DNA of 64,000 bases from an uncultured Eubacteriales bacterium (GCA_902492005.1 CABUJV010000003.1:1746-65745), one strand, 5' to 3'; positions 51,929 to 62,181 are shown, counted from the first letter of the stretch. The notes: generated from the sequence alone by a model not told the origin. Numbers and translations: made by a program.

Positions 51929-52402
51929 TTATACGCTCACGACCAGCCAAGTGCCCAGCAGGCCAATCCCCGTGCCCAGCAGGCCGCCCGCCAGGACCTG
52001 GATCGGCGTATGACCCAGCAGTTCCTTGAGCTCCTTGCTGAACAGGGCGGGCTTCATCTCCATCCAGTGGTCCATCATATAGTTGAGAATCTTGGCCTGT
52101 TCGCCGGCCGCCCGGCGGACATTGGAGGCGTCGTACATCACGACGATGGCAACCACGGCGGCAATGGCAAACAGCGGCGAGGACCAGCCGTAGAGCATTC
52201 CTGTGGTACTGGCGCAGGCGCAGACAAAGGCGGAATGAGAGCTTGGCATCCCACCGCTGGCCCAGATATACCGCCAATCCAGCCGCCGTCTGGTAATCAG
52301 CACCACCACAACCTTCAGCACCTGGGCGGAAGCCCACGCAACGGCGGAGAGCACCAGGATCAGATTTCCTATATGGTAGTTGGGCAGATTGTACTCAGGC
52401 AT
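51929..52402 (-). CDS. Divergent PAP2 family (DUF212) protein
   Basis: SGGMPSSHSA, VMYDA, LGHTP. Confidence 0.9.
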   Translation of the reverse strand: MPEYNLPNYHIGNLILVLSAVAWASAQVLKVVVVLITRRRLDWRYIWASGGMPSSHSAFVCACASTTGMLYGWSSPLFAIAAVVAIVVMYDASNVRRAAGEQAKILNYMMDHWMEMKPALFSKELKELLGHTPIQVLAGGLLGTGIGLLGTWLVVSV

Positions 52403-52408
52403 CCCGCA

Positions 52409-53287
52409 TCACTTCTCCCGTCCCGCCAATTGATCCGCCAGCCAGCACAAAAAGCCCCGCTCCTCAAAGATGGACAGCGCCTCTTCCGCTTCCCGGGTCA
52501 GCGTTTCCACCAGCTCCCGGCAGGCATCCAGGCCCTTAAGGGTATAGAACGTGGTCTTCTCATTGGCGCTGTCGGAGCCGATGCTCTTCCCCAGTGTCTG
52601 CTCGTCCCCCACCACATCCAGCATATCGTCCCGGATCTGGAAGGCCAGCCCCAGCTTCTGGGCGTAGCGGCGCACCGCTGCCCGCTTCATCTCGTCTCCG
52701 CCCGCCGCGATGCAGCCCATTTCTGCGGCGGCTGAGATCAGGGCTCCGGTCTTAAGGGCCTGAAGCCGCTCCAGCTCCTGCTGACTCAGGCTGCGTCCCT
52801 CCGCCGCCATGTCCAGCGCTTGGCCGCCCACCATACCCCGGGCCCCGGCGGCTCTCGCCAGGCAGGCGCACGCCGCCGCCACCCGCTCCGCAGGCAGACC
52901 CTCGCCTCCCTCCAGCGCGGTTTCAAAGGCGGCGGTCAGCAGGCCGTCGCCTGCCAGGACTGCCATCGCCTCCCCAAATACCTTGTGATTGGTGGGACGG
53001 CCCCGCCGGAGGTCATCGTCATCCATGCAGGGCAGATCGTCATGGATCAGAGAATAGGTGTGGATCATCTCCACCGCGCAGGCAAAGGGCAGGGCTTGGT
53101 CCGGGTCCCCGCCGCACATACGGCAGACCTCCAGGGTCAGAACGGGCCGCACCCGCTTTCCACCTGCCAAAAGGCTGTACTCCATGGCGTCATACAGACT
53201 GGCCATGGGCTCGCACGCCCGGAAACGATCCCTCAGATGGGCCTCGATCAGGAGCACATCCTCTTCCAGCTGCTTCCGATAGTCCAT
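52409..53287 (-). CDS. ispA: Geranyltranstransferase / FPP synthase
   Basis: GGKRVRP, HDDLPCMDDDDLRRG, FQIRDD. Confidence 0.93.
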   Translation of the reverse strand: MDYRKQLEEDVLLIEAHLRDRFRACEPMASLYDAMEYSLLAGGKRVRPVLTLEVCRMCGGDPDQALPFACAVEMIHTYSLIHDDLPCMDDDDLRRGRPTNHKVFGEAMAVLAGDGLLTAAFETALEGGEGLPAERVAAACACLARAAGARGMVGGQALDMAAEGRSLSQQELERLQALKTGALISAAAEMGCIAAGGDEMKRAAVRRYAQKLGLAFQIRDDMLDVVGDEQTLGKSIGSDSANEKTTFYTLKGLDACRELVETLTREAEEALSIFEERGFLCWLADQLAGREK

Positions 53288-53288
53288 G

Positions 53289-53525
53289 TCATCCCTCCTC
53301 GGGCGCAAAAGGCTCTTCCACCGGCTTCCCGCCGGGCCCCGCCGAGAGCTTGACCACCTTCTGTTCCGCCTTATCCAGCAGGCTGGAGCATTGCTTCATC
53401 AGCGAGGTGCCCTCCTCAAACAGCTTGAGGGATTCCTCCAGAGGGGCCTCCCCCTTTTCCAGCTGGGCCACGATCTCCTCCAGGCGGGCCATGTTCTCCT
53501 CAAAGGACCTCTTTTTTTCCGCCAT
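53289..53525 (-). CDS. xseB: Exodeoxyribonuclease VII small subunit
   Basis: FEENMARLEEIV..LEESLKLFEEG. Confidence 0.94.
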   Translation of the reverse strand: MAEKKRSFEENMARLEEIVAQLEKGEAPLEESLKLFEEGTSLMKQCSSLLDKAEQKVVKLSAGPGGKPVEEPFAPEEG

Positions 53526-54741
53526 AGTTCTCTCCTCCTTGCTTGGACTCGACCTGACAGCGGAGGGCTCCGTCTGCCAGGCGCACCGTCACGTTGTCTC
53601 CCGGCTCCACGCCGGACACGGATGCAAGTACCCGCCCCGCCCCGTCGGTGGTCAGGGCGTAGCCCCGGCCCAGCACCTTCAGGGGACTGAGCGCGTCCAG
53701 CGCCGCGGCCAGCCGGGCAAAGCGTTCCCGCTCCGTCGCCAGCGTACCGTGGAGCCCTTGGACCAGACGGCGGCCCTGGTAGTCCAGCAGCATCCTCCGG
53801 TCCTGGAGATAGCACAGCGGGTCCTGCAGGGCCCGGGCCTTGCCCAGACGCTCCAGCTCCCGCCGGTTACGCTCCAGCCTGCTCCCCATGGCCTGTTCCA
53901 GCCGCGCTTTGTATTGGAGCAGCGCCGCGAACAGCTCGTTCTGATCGGGCGCCGCCAGTTCCGCCGCGTTGGACGGGGTAGCCGCCCGCAGATCCGCCAC
54001 AAAATCCGCGATGGTCACGTCGGGCTCGTGTCCCACCGCGGAGATGACAGGGGTCTCACAGTCGTAGATGGCCCGGGCCACGCGCTCGTCGTTGAACGCC
54101 CACAGATCCTCCATAGAGCCGCCGCCCCGGCCGGTAATGATGAGGTCGGCCGCCCCGTTCTGGTCGGCATACCGAAGGGCCGAGGCAATCTCGCCCGGCG
54201 CTTCCGCCCCCTGGACCCGTACCGGCAGCAGCACGATCCGGGCCAGGGGCCAGCGGGCCCCCAGAATGCGCAGCATGTCCCGTACCGCCGCCCCTGCGGG
54301 TGAGGTAATCAGGGCGATCCTTTGGGGGTAGCGCGGAATCGGCCGTTTATGGCCCTGGTCGAAAAGTCCTTCCCGAAAGAGTTTTTCCTTCAACTGTTCA
54401 AAGGCCGCATGCAGGTCTCCGACACCGTCCGGAGAGAGCTCCTGACAGTAAAGCTGGTACTGTCCGTCCCGCGGAAAGACGGCCACCCGGCCAAAAGCCA
54501 CCACCTTCATCCCGTTTTCCGGCCGAAACCGCAGCCGGGACGCCTCCCGGCGGAACATGACGCATCGGATGGCTCCCCCCTCGTCCTTCATGGAAAAGTA
54601 GTGGTGCCCGGAGGGGTACATCTTGTAGTTGGAGATCTCTCCGCGGACAAGCAGGCCGGACAAAAGCCCGTCCCGGTCCAGCAGATTTTTGATATAGCCA
54701 TTGACCTGGGATACGCTGTAAACACGCCCCTGGATGCTCAT
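53500..54741 (-). CDS. xseA: Exodeoxyribonuclease VII large subunit
   Basis: GEISN..SGHHYF, RGGGSMEDLWAFN, AVGHE. Confidence 0.95.
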   Translation of the reverse strand: MSIQGRVYSVSQVNGYIKNLLDRDGLLSGLLVRGEISNYKMYPSGHHYFSMKDEGGAIRCVMFRREASRLRFRPENGMKVVAFGRVAVFPRDGQYQLYCQELSPDGVGDLHAAFEQLKEKLFREGLFDQGHKRPIPRYPQRIALITSPAGAAVRDMLRILGARWPLARIVLLPVRVQGAEAPGEIASALRYADQNGAADLIITGRGGGSMEDLWAFNDERVARAIYDCETPVISAVGHEPDVTIADFVADLRAATPSNAAELAAPDQNELFAALLQYKARLEQAMGSRLERNRRELERLGKARALQDPLCYLQDRRMLLDYQGRRLVQGLHGTLATERERFARLAAALDALSPLKVLGRGYALTTDGAGRVLASVSGVEPGDNVTVRLADGALRCQVESKQGGENYGGKKEVL

Positions 54742-55673
54742 GCGCTCTCCTCCTGTTTCAGGGCCCGGCCGGCCAGGATGGCCACGCCCAGAGCGTTGTC
54801 GGTGGAATACTGCGGCGGGGCGAACACCGCGTCCACCATCCGCTCCCGGAGCAATTCGTTGGAGGCCACGCCCCCAGAGCAGAGCACTGGCAGGCCGGGG
54901 TATCGCTCCAGCGCCTCCCGGGTGGCGCGGACTACCGCTCCGGCGACTGTCTCCAGGACAAACCGCGCGATCTGTGCCGGAGCGGTCCCGTTTTCTGCCT
55001 GTGCCTTGACCTGATTCTCCACTCCGGACAGCGAGAATGTAAAGTCTTTTACCTTGACGGGAAATCCCTGGATCTCCTCCGCACCGCGGGCCAGCACATC
55101 CACCGCCTTGCCCGCGGGAAAGGCCAGCCCCAGCAGCTTGCCCGTGCGGTCGATGAGCTGGCCGGCAGAGATGTCGCTGGTGCCCCCGATGCGGGTGCAC
55201 TCCACCGTGGCCCCGGCGGGCTCCACCAGCACCAGTTCTGTGGTGCCGCCGGAAAGGTGCCACGCCAGATGGGGGCGATTCAGCATCTCCGCATGCCCCG
55301 CCGACCAGGCCGCGGCGGCGATGTGTCCCTGCTGGTGGGCGCATGGATAGAACGGGACATGGAGCAGGTCCGCCAGACTCCGCCCCTGAGACTCCCCCGC
55401 CAAAAAGCAGGGCATATAGGAGTCCTCCACCCATCGCGGCTTGACGCTGGCCCCCACGGCGGAAATTGGGGCATCCAGCCTCCCCTCCACCCGGAGCTGA
55501 TGGATCAGCAAGGGCAATCGCTTTACATGCTGGAACAGCGCGTCGCTCTGCCGCAGTCCCAAAGCCCCCTCGGGCACCTCCAGCAGCCGCCCCAGATTAT
55601 AGCCCCGGGTCCCGTCGAACAGGGCCACCGAGGTGGTGTAGTTGCTGGTGTCGATTCCCAGACAGACCGGCAT
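54738..55673 (-). CDS. TsaD/Kae1-family paralogue
   Basis: LGIDTSNYTTS, HQQGH, HLSGGTT, AGQLIDR, GGVASN, TDNA. Confidence 0.85.
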   Translation of the reverse strand: MPVCLGIDTSNYTTSVALFDGTRGYNLGRLLEVPEGALGLRQSDALFQHVKRLPLLIHQLRVEGRLDAPISAVGASVKPRWVEDSYMPCFLAGESQGRSLADLLHVPFYPCAHQQGHIAAAAWSAGHAEMLNRPHLAWHLSGGTTELVLVEPAGATVECTRIGGTSDISAGQLIDRTGKLLGLAFPAGKAVDVLARGAEEIQGFPVKVKDFTFSLSGVENQVKAQAENGTAPAQIARFVLETVAGAVVRATREALERYPGLPVLCSGGVASNELLRERMVDAVFAPPQYSTDNALGVAILAGRALKQEESA

Positions 55674-55676
55674 ACC

Positions 55677-56168
55677 CTACTCCCCGTCCGCAGCAGGGGC
55701 GGCGGGCTGGTTGACCCGCTCCGGGGGCAGCTCGCCCCGCATGAAGGCGCCCAAAATGCCATTGATAAAGGAGACCGTCTCCGGCGTCTCATAGTGCTTG
55801 GCGATCTCCACCGCCTCGTTGATGGCGGCGGCGGGGGGGATATCCGGCATGTATAAAATCTCATACATGGCCACCCGCATCACGGCGGCCGCCATGCGGG
55901 AAATCCGGGAAAAGGTCCAGCCAATGGCATATTTGGAAATATAGCTGTCCAGCTCGGGCCCGTGGCCGCAGACTCCCTGCACCAGCGCAGATATGTACTG
56001 GCGCTGTTTTTCATTGGGGAATTCTGCATAGAGAGGCTCCTCATCCCGAAGCGTCTCGAAGCGCTCCCTGGTCAGGGAGCGGTCCAGCAGCTCCTCGGCG
56101 CTCAGGTTGGAAAAGCCCAGCTCGAAGGACAGATGGACGGCGATCTCCCGGGCAATGCTTCTGGTCAT
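55677..56168 (-). CDS. nusB: Transcription antitermination factor NusB
   Basis: INEAVEIAKHY..FINGILG. Confidence 0.93.
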   Translation of the reverse strand: MTRSIAREIAVHLSFELGFSNLSAEELLDRSLTRERFETLRDEEPLYAEFPNEKQRQYISALVQGVCGHGPELDSYISKYAIGWTFSRISRMAAAVMRVAMYEILYMPDIPPAAAINEAVEIAKHYETPETVSFINGILGAFMRGELPPERVNQPAAPAADGE

Positions 56169-56367
56169 GGCGGTTCCTCCCACAAAACGTTCTTTTGTAT
56201 CCAGGTCCTCTTTCGACGAACAGCGGCGCACCCCACCCATACGGACGGATACCGCAGTTCATATAGCATAGATTATATACATTTTCCCCTCAAAAATAAA
56301 CACCAAATTACCACAAAAAAGCATTGGGCGACCACTCGCCCAATGCTTTTTTCGTGCGGTCAGGAAA

Positions 56368-56754
56368 TTACTGGGGCTTACGGGTCTCTTTGTCAAAAAT
56401 GACCCCGCCAACGTTGACGTTCACAGCCTCGACCGTCAGACCGCTGGTGGCCTCGATGCTGCTCATCACGGCCTCCTGCACGGCCCGGCCCACCTCTGGA
56501 ATGGTGTGCCCGTATTTGACCAGAATATTGACATCCACGGTCACATTCTCCTCGGCCACCTCCAGGCGAATACCCCGGCTGAGCGTCTTTTTGCCCAGCA
56601 GCTCGGCCAAATCGGTGCCCAGGTTGGCGGCCAGTCCCCCGACACCCTCGACCTCCAGCGCGGCGGCGGCGGCGATCACTGCCAGGACCTCTTCCGCTAT
56701 ATGGATATTGCCCAGCTCATCAGACCGGGAAACATACTCCTTGCCCTCGCCCAT
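56368..56754 (-). CDS. Asp23/Gls24 family protein (YqhY-like)
   Basis: GNIHIAEEVLAVIA..VNVNVGGV. Confidence 0.9.
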   Translation of the reverse strand: MGEGKEYVSRSDELGNIHIAEEVLAVIAAAAALEVEGVGGLAANLGTDLAELLGKKTLSRGIRLEVAEENVTVDVNILVKYGHTIPEVGRAVQEAVMSSIEATSGLTVEAVNVNVGGVIFDKETRKPQ

Positions 56755-56819
56755 GAGAATCACGCTCCTTGTTGTAGTAGTAGCATTATACCACAAAATG
56801 AGCGAATTACAATGACTTT

Positions 56820-57422
56820 TTAGCTGGCCTCAATGATCTTGATCTGGCTGGCCTTCAGTCCGGTCTCTCCCATGACGATTTCGCTGATCCTGGCGGTATC
56901 GGTGTCGGTCAGGCCGCTCTCGCTGGCCGAAACGACCACGCTGATGCCGTTGTCGCTGAGGAAGGCCACGCAGTCGCCATAGCCCTTGGCGGTGACTAGG
57001 TTCTCGATCTGGGCCTCGGCCAGGGTGTTGGCGGCCATGGTCTGGATGGCCTGGTTGGCCTGGTCCACGGACGCCTGATCCGCCTTCTCGTCGCCGGCGG
57101 CCTGCTGCAGCAGGGACAAGGCGCTGTCCCGGGCCTGCTGGCGGTTGAGACGGGCGCTGGCAAAGTAGCCGCTGCTCGTCTGAGGCGTCTGGGACTCCGT
57201 ACTGCCCGAGTCGGTCGGGGCGGGAGTTTCCTCTCCTTTCTTACCGAACAGTGCGTCGGTATCCGCGCCGGAGCCGCCTACCAGGGCGGCCTCGCCCAAC
57301 ACCTTGCCCGTCCCCGCGGAAGCCCCGTCCCTCTCCTGGCTGTAAGACCAGTTGAGGTAGACCGCCGCGCATACGAACAGGACGATCACCGCCACTACCG
57401 CGTTGCGTTTCCATAGCTTCAT
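56820..57422 (-). CDS. spoIIIAH: Stage III sporulation protein AH
   Basis: YFASARLNR..ENLVTAKGY; operon position. Confidence 0.9.
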   Translation of the reverse strand: MKLWKRNAVVAVIVLFVCAAVYLNWSYSQERDGASAGTGKVLGEAALVGGSGADTDALFGKKGEETPAPTDSGSTESQTPQTSSGYFASARLNRQQARDSALSLLQQAAGDEKADQASVDQANQAIQTMAANTLAEAQIENLVTAKGYGDCVAFLSDNGISVVVSASESGLTDTDTARISEIVMGETGLKASQIKIIEAS

Positions 57423-57435
57423 TGTCTGTTCCTCC

Positions 57436-57972
57436 TTATTTTCCCTTGCAGATACTGATTTTATCGGAACCCAGCCCCGTCAGAGCGGAGACCGCTTCCG
57501 CCATCGCCAGCCGGATACTGGGGTCGTCCGCCCCCTCGCACACCACCAGGGCTCCCTGGAACTGCGGGTAGATTTGCTGAAGCGGCACGGCCTCTTCCCG
57601 GCCCGAACCCTGTGAGACTACCACTGTGCTGCGGCTTTCTTCGGTCTCTCCCTCTTTTTGCGAAGTGGAGGCATTCTGAGCCAACACCTGGCGGGTGCTG
57701 GTCTTCACCGTCAGCGCCACGGAGACCTTCCCCGCCCCTTCGACCCGGGATAGGGTATCGGCCAGTTTACGCTCCAGCCCATCCAGATCGAAGGCCAGAC
57801 CGGCGGACTCAGCCGCGGCCGCCTGCTCCTGCGCCGTCGCGCTCCCGCCCAGCTCCGGCAGGGTGAGCAAAACGATGCCCACCAGGATCACCAGCAGGAC
57901 GAATTTATACTTTTCCAGAAGGGCCAGAAGCTTTTGCCCGCTCCGGACCGCACCGTCCGCGCTTTTCTTCAT
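57436..57972 (-). CDS. spoIIIAG: Stage III sporulation protein AG
   Basis: GAGKVSV..PQFQGALVVCEGA; operon position. Confidence 0.9.
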   Translation of the reverse strand: MKKSADGAVRSGQKLLALLEKYKFVLLVILVGIVLLTLPELGGSATAQEQAAAAESAGLAFDLDGLERKLADTLSRVEGAGKVSVALTVKTSTRQVLAQNASTSQKEGETEESRSTVVVSQGSGREEAVPLQQIYPQFQGALVVCEGADDPSIRLAMAEAVSALTGLGSDKISICKGK

Positions 57973-58466
57973 TCCAAGTCACCGCTTTCGTATGTCTGGC
58001 GGTCGGCTGGGATGGCCAGATCCGCCTCGATCTGCCGTGTCAGGGTCCGGCGTTGGTCCTCGTCCAGAGAACCGGTGATCATCACCGCCGCAGGATAGGG
58101 CATATCGCCCGTTCCGATCTGGCAAGTCACCGTCACCTGTTCCAAATGAGCCCCCAAATCCTCCGCCTTGTCCAGAATATATGCGCCGGTACGCTCGGCT
58201 ATGATGGTTTTCATCAGCTCCAGGTCCGTTTCTTCCAGCTCCAGGTCACAGGAGTCAAATGCGGCCTGATAATCGGTCGCCGCGATGGCCATAGCGCTGT
58301 AGTCAAAGGTGAGGACTGGCTGCAGCACAGCCAGCAGCAAAACCAGCCCTCCCACCAGCTTTCCCACCTTCCGCACCGTGCCGGGTGGGGTAAGGCTGTC
58401 CGCCAGCGCGATGATCATGGCGGCGCAGGTAACCCCCACCAGCCACTGTCTCAACAGCTCCATCAT
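57969..58466 (-). CDS. spoIIIAF: Stage III sporulation protein AF
   Basis: Two N-terminal TM segments; operon position. Confidence 0.8.
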   Translation of the reverse strand: MMELLRQWLVGVTCAAMIIALADSLTPPGTVRKVGKLVGGLVLLLAVLQPVLTFDYSAMAIAATDYQAAFDSCDLELEETDLELMKTIIAERTGAYILDKAEDLGAHLEQVTVTCQIGTGDMPYPAAVMITGSLDEDQRRTLTRQIEADLAIPADRQTYESGDLE

Positions 58467-59581
58467 GCCGTCGCCACCGAGATGGCCGAGATCATGGAAA
58501 CCAGCAGCAGCAGGGCGCAGGCCCCCGTCATGCCCAGCACCAGGCCGAAGGCTCCGCCGATGCTGTCGATGAGCCCAGCCACCCGTCCTTCCGCCACCGT
58601 AGCGGACAAGGCCGCCGTCAGCTTATAGGCCAGATAGTGAACCCCGAGCTGCAAAAATGGGATCACGCACATGGATAGCACCGCCAGCATCCCAAACACC
58701 CCCACGCTGTTTTTCAAAAGAACTGCGCCAGCCAGCACCGTCTCCGCCGCATCGGACAGGATGCCGCCCACCACCGGCACCATGCCGGAGACGGCAAACT
58801 TGGCCGCCTTTATCGCCACCGCATCGGCGGAGCCGGCGATCACCCCGCTGACTGTAAGGTAACCCACGAAGGCCAGCATGATGGTGGTGAGGGCCGAGGT
58901 CACCACCCATTTGAGCAGTCCGGCCACCCGTTTGAGCCCCTCGTTGCCTACTGCGGCATGGGCCACGCAGGCGGCGATGTAGGCGTACACCAGCGGGAGC
59001 AGCAGCCGGTCGATCAGGGTCAGGAGGACATCGGCAAAAAAGACCGTGGCTACCTGCCGAGCGGCCGCCCCCGCCGGGGCCCCTCCCGCCGCCGTCGCCG
59101 CCGCCAGAGTGGGCAGCAGCACCTTGGAAAAAGAGTCCATGCTGTCCAGCGCCTGCCGCCCCATGCCGATGAGGGAATTGACGTCGGTCACCGCCACGGC
59201 TGTGATGGCCAGCGCCCCCGCAATGGGCACGATCTCCAGGCTTGTCCCGAAGCCCGCTCCGGCATAGGTCCCGTCCGCCAGGGCGCAGAGCAGAACCACC
59301 GTCAGCAGCAGGATACCGCTGCGCACCGCCTTGCGCGCCACGCCCCACAGGGCGCCGCTCCCGGTATCCAGGATGGACTGGAGCCCCTCGTCCAGGTCCA
59401 CCTGCGCACCCGCATCGCCGGGGGCATACTCTCCTGCCGCCTCGGTCAGCTTCTCCAGCTCCAGGGCCTTGCCTTGCCGGACCAGCACATCGCTCTCCGC
59501 CGCCTGGGCCGGGCGGGCCAGCAGCACCGCCAGTACCAGAACCAGCAGCGGGATCATGGCCTTGCTTGCATATCTCATCAT
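58463..59581 (-). CDS. spoIIIAE: Stage III sporulation protein AE
   Basis: VPVVGGILSDA..LKNSVG; multi-TM. Confidence 0.9.
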   Translation of the reverse strand: MMRYASKAMIPLLVLVLAVLLARPAQAAESDVLVRQGKALELEKLTEAAGEYAPGDAGAQVDLDEGLQSILDTGSGALWGVARKAVRSGILLLTVVLLCALADGTYAGAGFGTSLEIVPIAGALAITAVAVTDVNSLIGMGRQALDSMDSFSKVLLPTLAAATAAGGAPAGAAARQVATVFFADVLLTLIDRLLLPLVYAYIAACVAHAAVGNEGLKRVAGLLKWVVTSALTTIMLAFVGYLTVSGVIAGSADAVAIKAAKFAVSGMVPVVGGILSDAAETVLAGAVLLKNSVGVFGMLAVLSMCVIPFLQLGVHYLAYKLTAALSATVAEGRVAGLIDSIGGAFGLVLGMTGACALLLLVSMISAISVATA

Positions 59582-59592
59582 TCACACCTTGC

Positions 59593-59979
59593 CTACAGCA
59601 ATCCTGTTACCATGCTGAGCACCGTGCGCAGCAGCGGCAGCGCCACAAACAGGGCGGAGGCCGCCCCGGCCGTCTCCACAAAGGCGGCGATGCCGCCCTC
59701 CTTGGCGTCCCGGCACAACTCCGACGCGATCCGGGTGAGAATGGCGATGCCAACCGTCTTGAGCACGGGAGCTAAAATGGCTGGTGACAGCCCGGCGGTC
59801 TCGCCCAGGGTGTCCATCAGCTCCCGGACGCCTTCCAGCGCATCCAAAGAGAGCCCCAGGATCACCGTCCCCGCCGCCAGGGCCAGGACCAGCCCCAATT
59901 CGGAGGCACTTTTCTTCACTACCGCTGCGCACAGGGCGGCGGCCACGGCCACTGCCGCGATCTTTACCATATCCGGCAT
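59593..59979 (-). CDS. spoIIIAD: Stage III sporulation protein AD
   Basis: LKTVGIA..ELCRDA. Confidence 0.9.
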   Translation of the reverse strand: MPDMVKIAAVAVAAALCAAVVKKSASELGLVLALAAGTVILGLSLDALEGVRELMDTLGETAGLSPAILAPVLKTVGIAILTRIASELCRDAKEGGIAAFVETAGAASALFVALPLLRTVLSMVTGLL

Positions 59980-59985
59980 GGCTCG

Positions 59986-60180
59986 TCACAGCCCAAACAG
60001 GTTTTTTACCAGGTTGAACAGATCGCTGATCTCCTGAACCACCATCATCAGCACCACCACCAGCCCCGCCAGGGTGGTCATGGTGGCCTGTTCGTCCCGC
60101 CCCGAGCGGGTCAGCACCTGATTGAGCACGGAAACCAGGATGCCGATGGCCGCTATTTTGAAAATCAGATCTACATTCAT
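59986..60180 (-). CDS. spoIIIAC: Stage III sporulation protein AC
   Basis: MNVDLIFKIAAIGILV..SGRDEQA. Confidence 0.93.
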   Translation of the reverse strand: MNVDLIFKIAAIGILVSVLNQVLTRSGRDEQATMTTLAGLVVVLMMVVQEISDLFNLVKNLFGL

Positions 60181-60232
60181 GCTTTCTCCACTTCCCCTGC
60201 AGCCGCTCCCCGGCGGTCTGTTCGAAATCGGT

Positions 60233-60754
60233 TTACAGCAGGAGGATGACCGTCAGTGCGCCGGCACCCATGCCCAGCACACCATACATCCGGCCCAGCC
60301 GGTCCCGATCTTCCTCCGCCCGTTCCAGACAGTGCCCCAGCTCGGTCAGAGCAGACCTCAGCGCCTCCCTCTGCCCGTCTCCGTCATAACGGCCCAGCAC
60401 TTCCCCCAGCCCCGCCAGGACCAGAGTTTCCTCTCCGGAGAGCAGCAGGTCGGGCTCCGCGTCCAGCGCCTCCCTCCACAGCTCACCCAGGTTCTTCTCT
60501 CCCAGCCGGTCCAGACTGTCCCGGCACCGGGCGAAGAAATAGCAGGCCGGGGCCTGCGCCCGTTTTGCCACGCCGGCCAGCAAATCCGGCATGGGAGTCA
60601 GCCGGAAGGAGAGCTCCCGCTCCATCAGTTCCAGACCTCCGATCAGCGAACGCAGGCTGGTCACCCGCGCCCGGAGCTGGGCAGCGGCTCCAAAACCGAT
60701 ACTGGAGGCTCCCGCCATCAGGATCAAAGCGCCTGCCAGTTTCAGCACAGCCAC
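60233..60754 (-). CDS. spoIIIAB: Stage III sporulation protein AB
   Basis: N- and C-terminal TM segments; operon position. Confidence 0.88.
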   Translation of the reverse strand: MAVLKLAGALILMAGASSIGFGAAAQLRARVTSLRSLIGGLELMERELSFRLTPMPDLLAGVAKRAQAPACYFFARCRDSLDRLGEKNLGELWREALDAEPDLLLSGEETLVLAGLGEVLGRYDGDGQREALRSALTELGHCLERAEEDRDRLGRMYGVLGMGAGALTVILLL

Positions 60755-61689
60755 TTCCCCCTCTCCGGCTCTGTCACCTCGTAGTGCCTCCCATCCTCAC
60801 CCGCACGGATTAGGACGACCCTCCGGAACAGTCCGGCGTCCATTAGCCGCCGGTAGAGCGGCCGGGTCCACAGGTCCCGCAGAGACCCTCCGTGGGCGGT
60901 ACACAGCAGCGCCACACCGCAGCCGGCCGCCTGCTCCAGTGCCTCGATGTCCTCTGCGGCGGTGATCTCATCGGCCGCCAGCACCTGGGGGTTCATCCCC
61001 CGCAGCAGCATCGTCAGCGCAGCCCCTTTGGGGCAGCCGTCCATCACGTCAGTACGCTCGCCCACGTCTGCCTGGGGGACACCCTCGTACATGGCGGCCA
61101 CCTCGCCCCGCTCATCGGCCAGCCCCACACGCAGGGGCTCCATTCCAACGCCGTCAGAAATGCAGCGGACCAAATCCCTCAGCAGCGTGGTCTTACCTCC
61201 GCCGGGGGGCGAGAGCAGCAGCGTGCTTTGAAGTGTTCCGCCTTCCAGAAGTTCGGGCAGAACTCCCGCCGCCGCTCCGGGTACCTCGTGCGCGATGCGG
61301 ATTGCCAGCGAGGACATCTGCCGCAGATTATGTATCTCCCCGTCCCGAACCACCGCGCTGCCGCAGATGCCCACCCGGTGACCGCCCCGGACGGTGACGA
61401 AGCCGCACTTCACCCGGTCCAGCACCGTGTGCGCCGAGGCCCGGCTGGCCACCTCCAGCACCAAACCCAGATCCTCCGGACGGATCGGACCCGGGCAGTG
61501 CGGAATCTCCCGCTCACCCGCCGGCCCCGCCACCATAGGCGGCCTGCCGGCCCGCAGCCGGAATTCTTCCGCTCTGGCCTTGTCCCTCTCCGGCATTTTA
61601 CACGCCGCCTGCCGCAAATCATAGGGAAGAAGGGCCGCCGCCTGCTCGAATCGAGCCGCGGCCATCCGCGCCCTTATCGCCGTCTCCAT
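60742..61689 (-). CDS. spoIIIAA: Stage III sporulation protein AA (ATPase)
   Basis: EEFRLR, PPGGGKTTLLRD, DERGE, DEI. Confidence 0.93.
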   Translation of the reverse strand: METAIRARMAAARFEQAAALLPYDLRQAACKMPERDKARAEEFRLRAGRPPMVAGPAGEREIPHCPGPIRPEDLGLVLEVASRASAHTVLDRVKCGFVTVRGGHRVGICGSAVVRDGEIHNLRQMSSLAIRIAHEVPGAAAGVLPELLEGGTLQSTLLLSPPGGGKTTLLRDLVRCISDGVGMEPLRVGLADERGEVAAMYEGVPQADVGERTDVMDGCPKGAALTMLLRGMNPQVLAADEITAAEDIEALEQAAGCGVALLCTAHGGSLRDLWTRPLYRRLMDAGLFRRVVLIRAGEDGRHYEVTEPERGKWLC

Positions 61690-61724
61690 GGGTCGTTTTC
61701 CCCCTTGTCCTGTGTTGATGCTCC

Positions 61725-61754
61725 ATTCTATGTATGGTTGTCCATGTCTATGAC
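61725..61754 (-). promoter_or_regulatory. SigE-type promoter of the spoIIIA operon
   Basis: Minus strand GTCATA-16 bp-CATAGAAT. Confidence 0.65.
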
Positions 61755-61995
61755 TGGACCGTTCAAAAGTTTTCTGACGCAAAGGTCGAAGGTATTTCGA
61801 ATGCGGGGAAAGCCCCGTACTCAAACAGAGAATAAAGGCCGTGAAAGTTTGTCCCCCGAATAAGACCTTTTGCTGGAAACGAGAAAAGGCGCAGCTTTCC
61901 GCTACGCCCCGGCACAGATTGCCATATAGAACTGAACATAAAAAATGCGGAGTATCGTCAAAGGAACGTTTCAGATCCTTTAACGATACTCCGCA

Positions 61996-62072
61996 TGGTC
62001 GGAGTGGCGGGACTTGAACCCGCGGCCTCTTGGTCCCGAACCAAGCGCGATACCAAACTTCGCCACACCCCG
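61996..62072 (-). tRNA. tRNA-Pro (anticodon CGG)
   Basis: 77-nt cloverleaf, anticodon arm CTTGG-TTCGGGA-CCAAG, encoded CCA; promoter TTGACA-17-TATAAT (62091-62119); hairpin at 61946-61996. Confidence 0.96.
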
Positions 62073-62181
62073 AAACGACGGTACCAATGTATTATAGTGA
62101 TTTAGCTGCAGAATGTCAAGAACTTCCCTGCGGCTTTTTCTACGGTTTTGCCGGAGCCCATATGGGCTCCGGCAAAACCGG

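Noticed and set aside
54742..55434. N-terminal extension of xseA (644-aa call)
   Set aside because: An alternative frame over the TsaD-like gene; the real start is 54741 (ATGA coupling).
61755..61995. Island scar at the tRNA-Pro 3' end
   Set aside because: No duplicated tRNA 3' fragment or mobile gene seen; only short hairpins.
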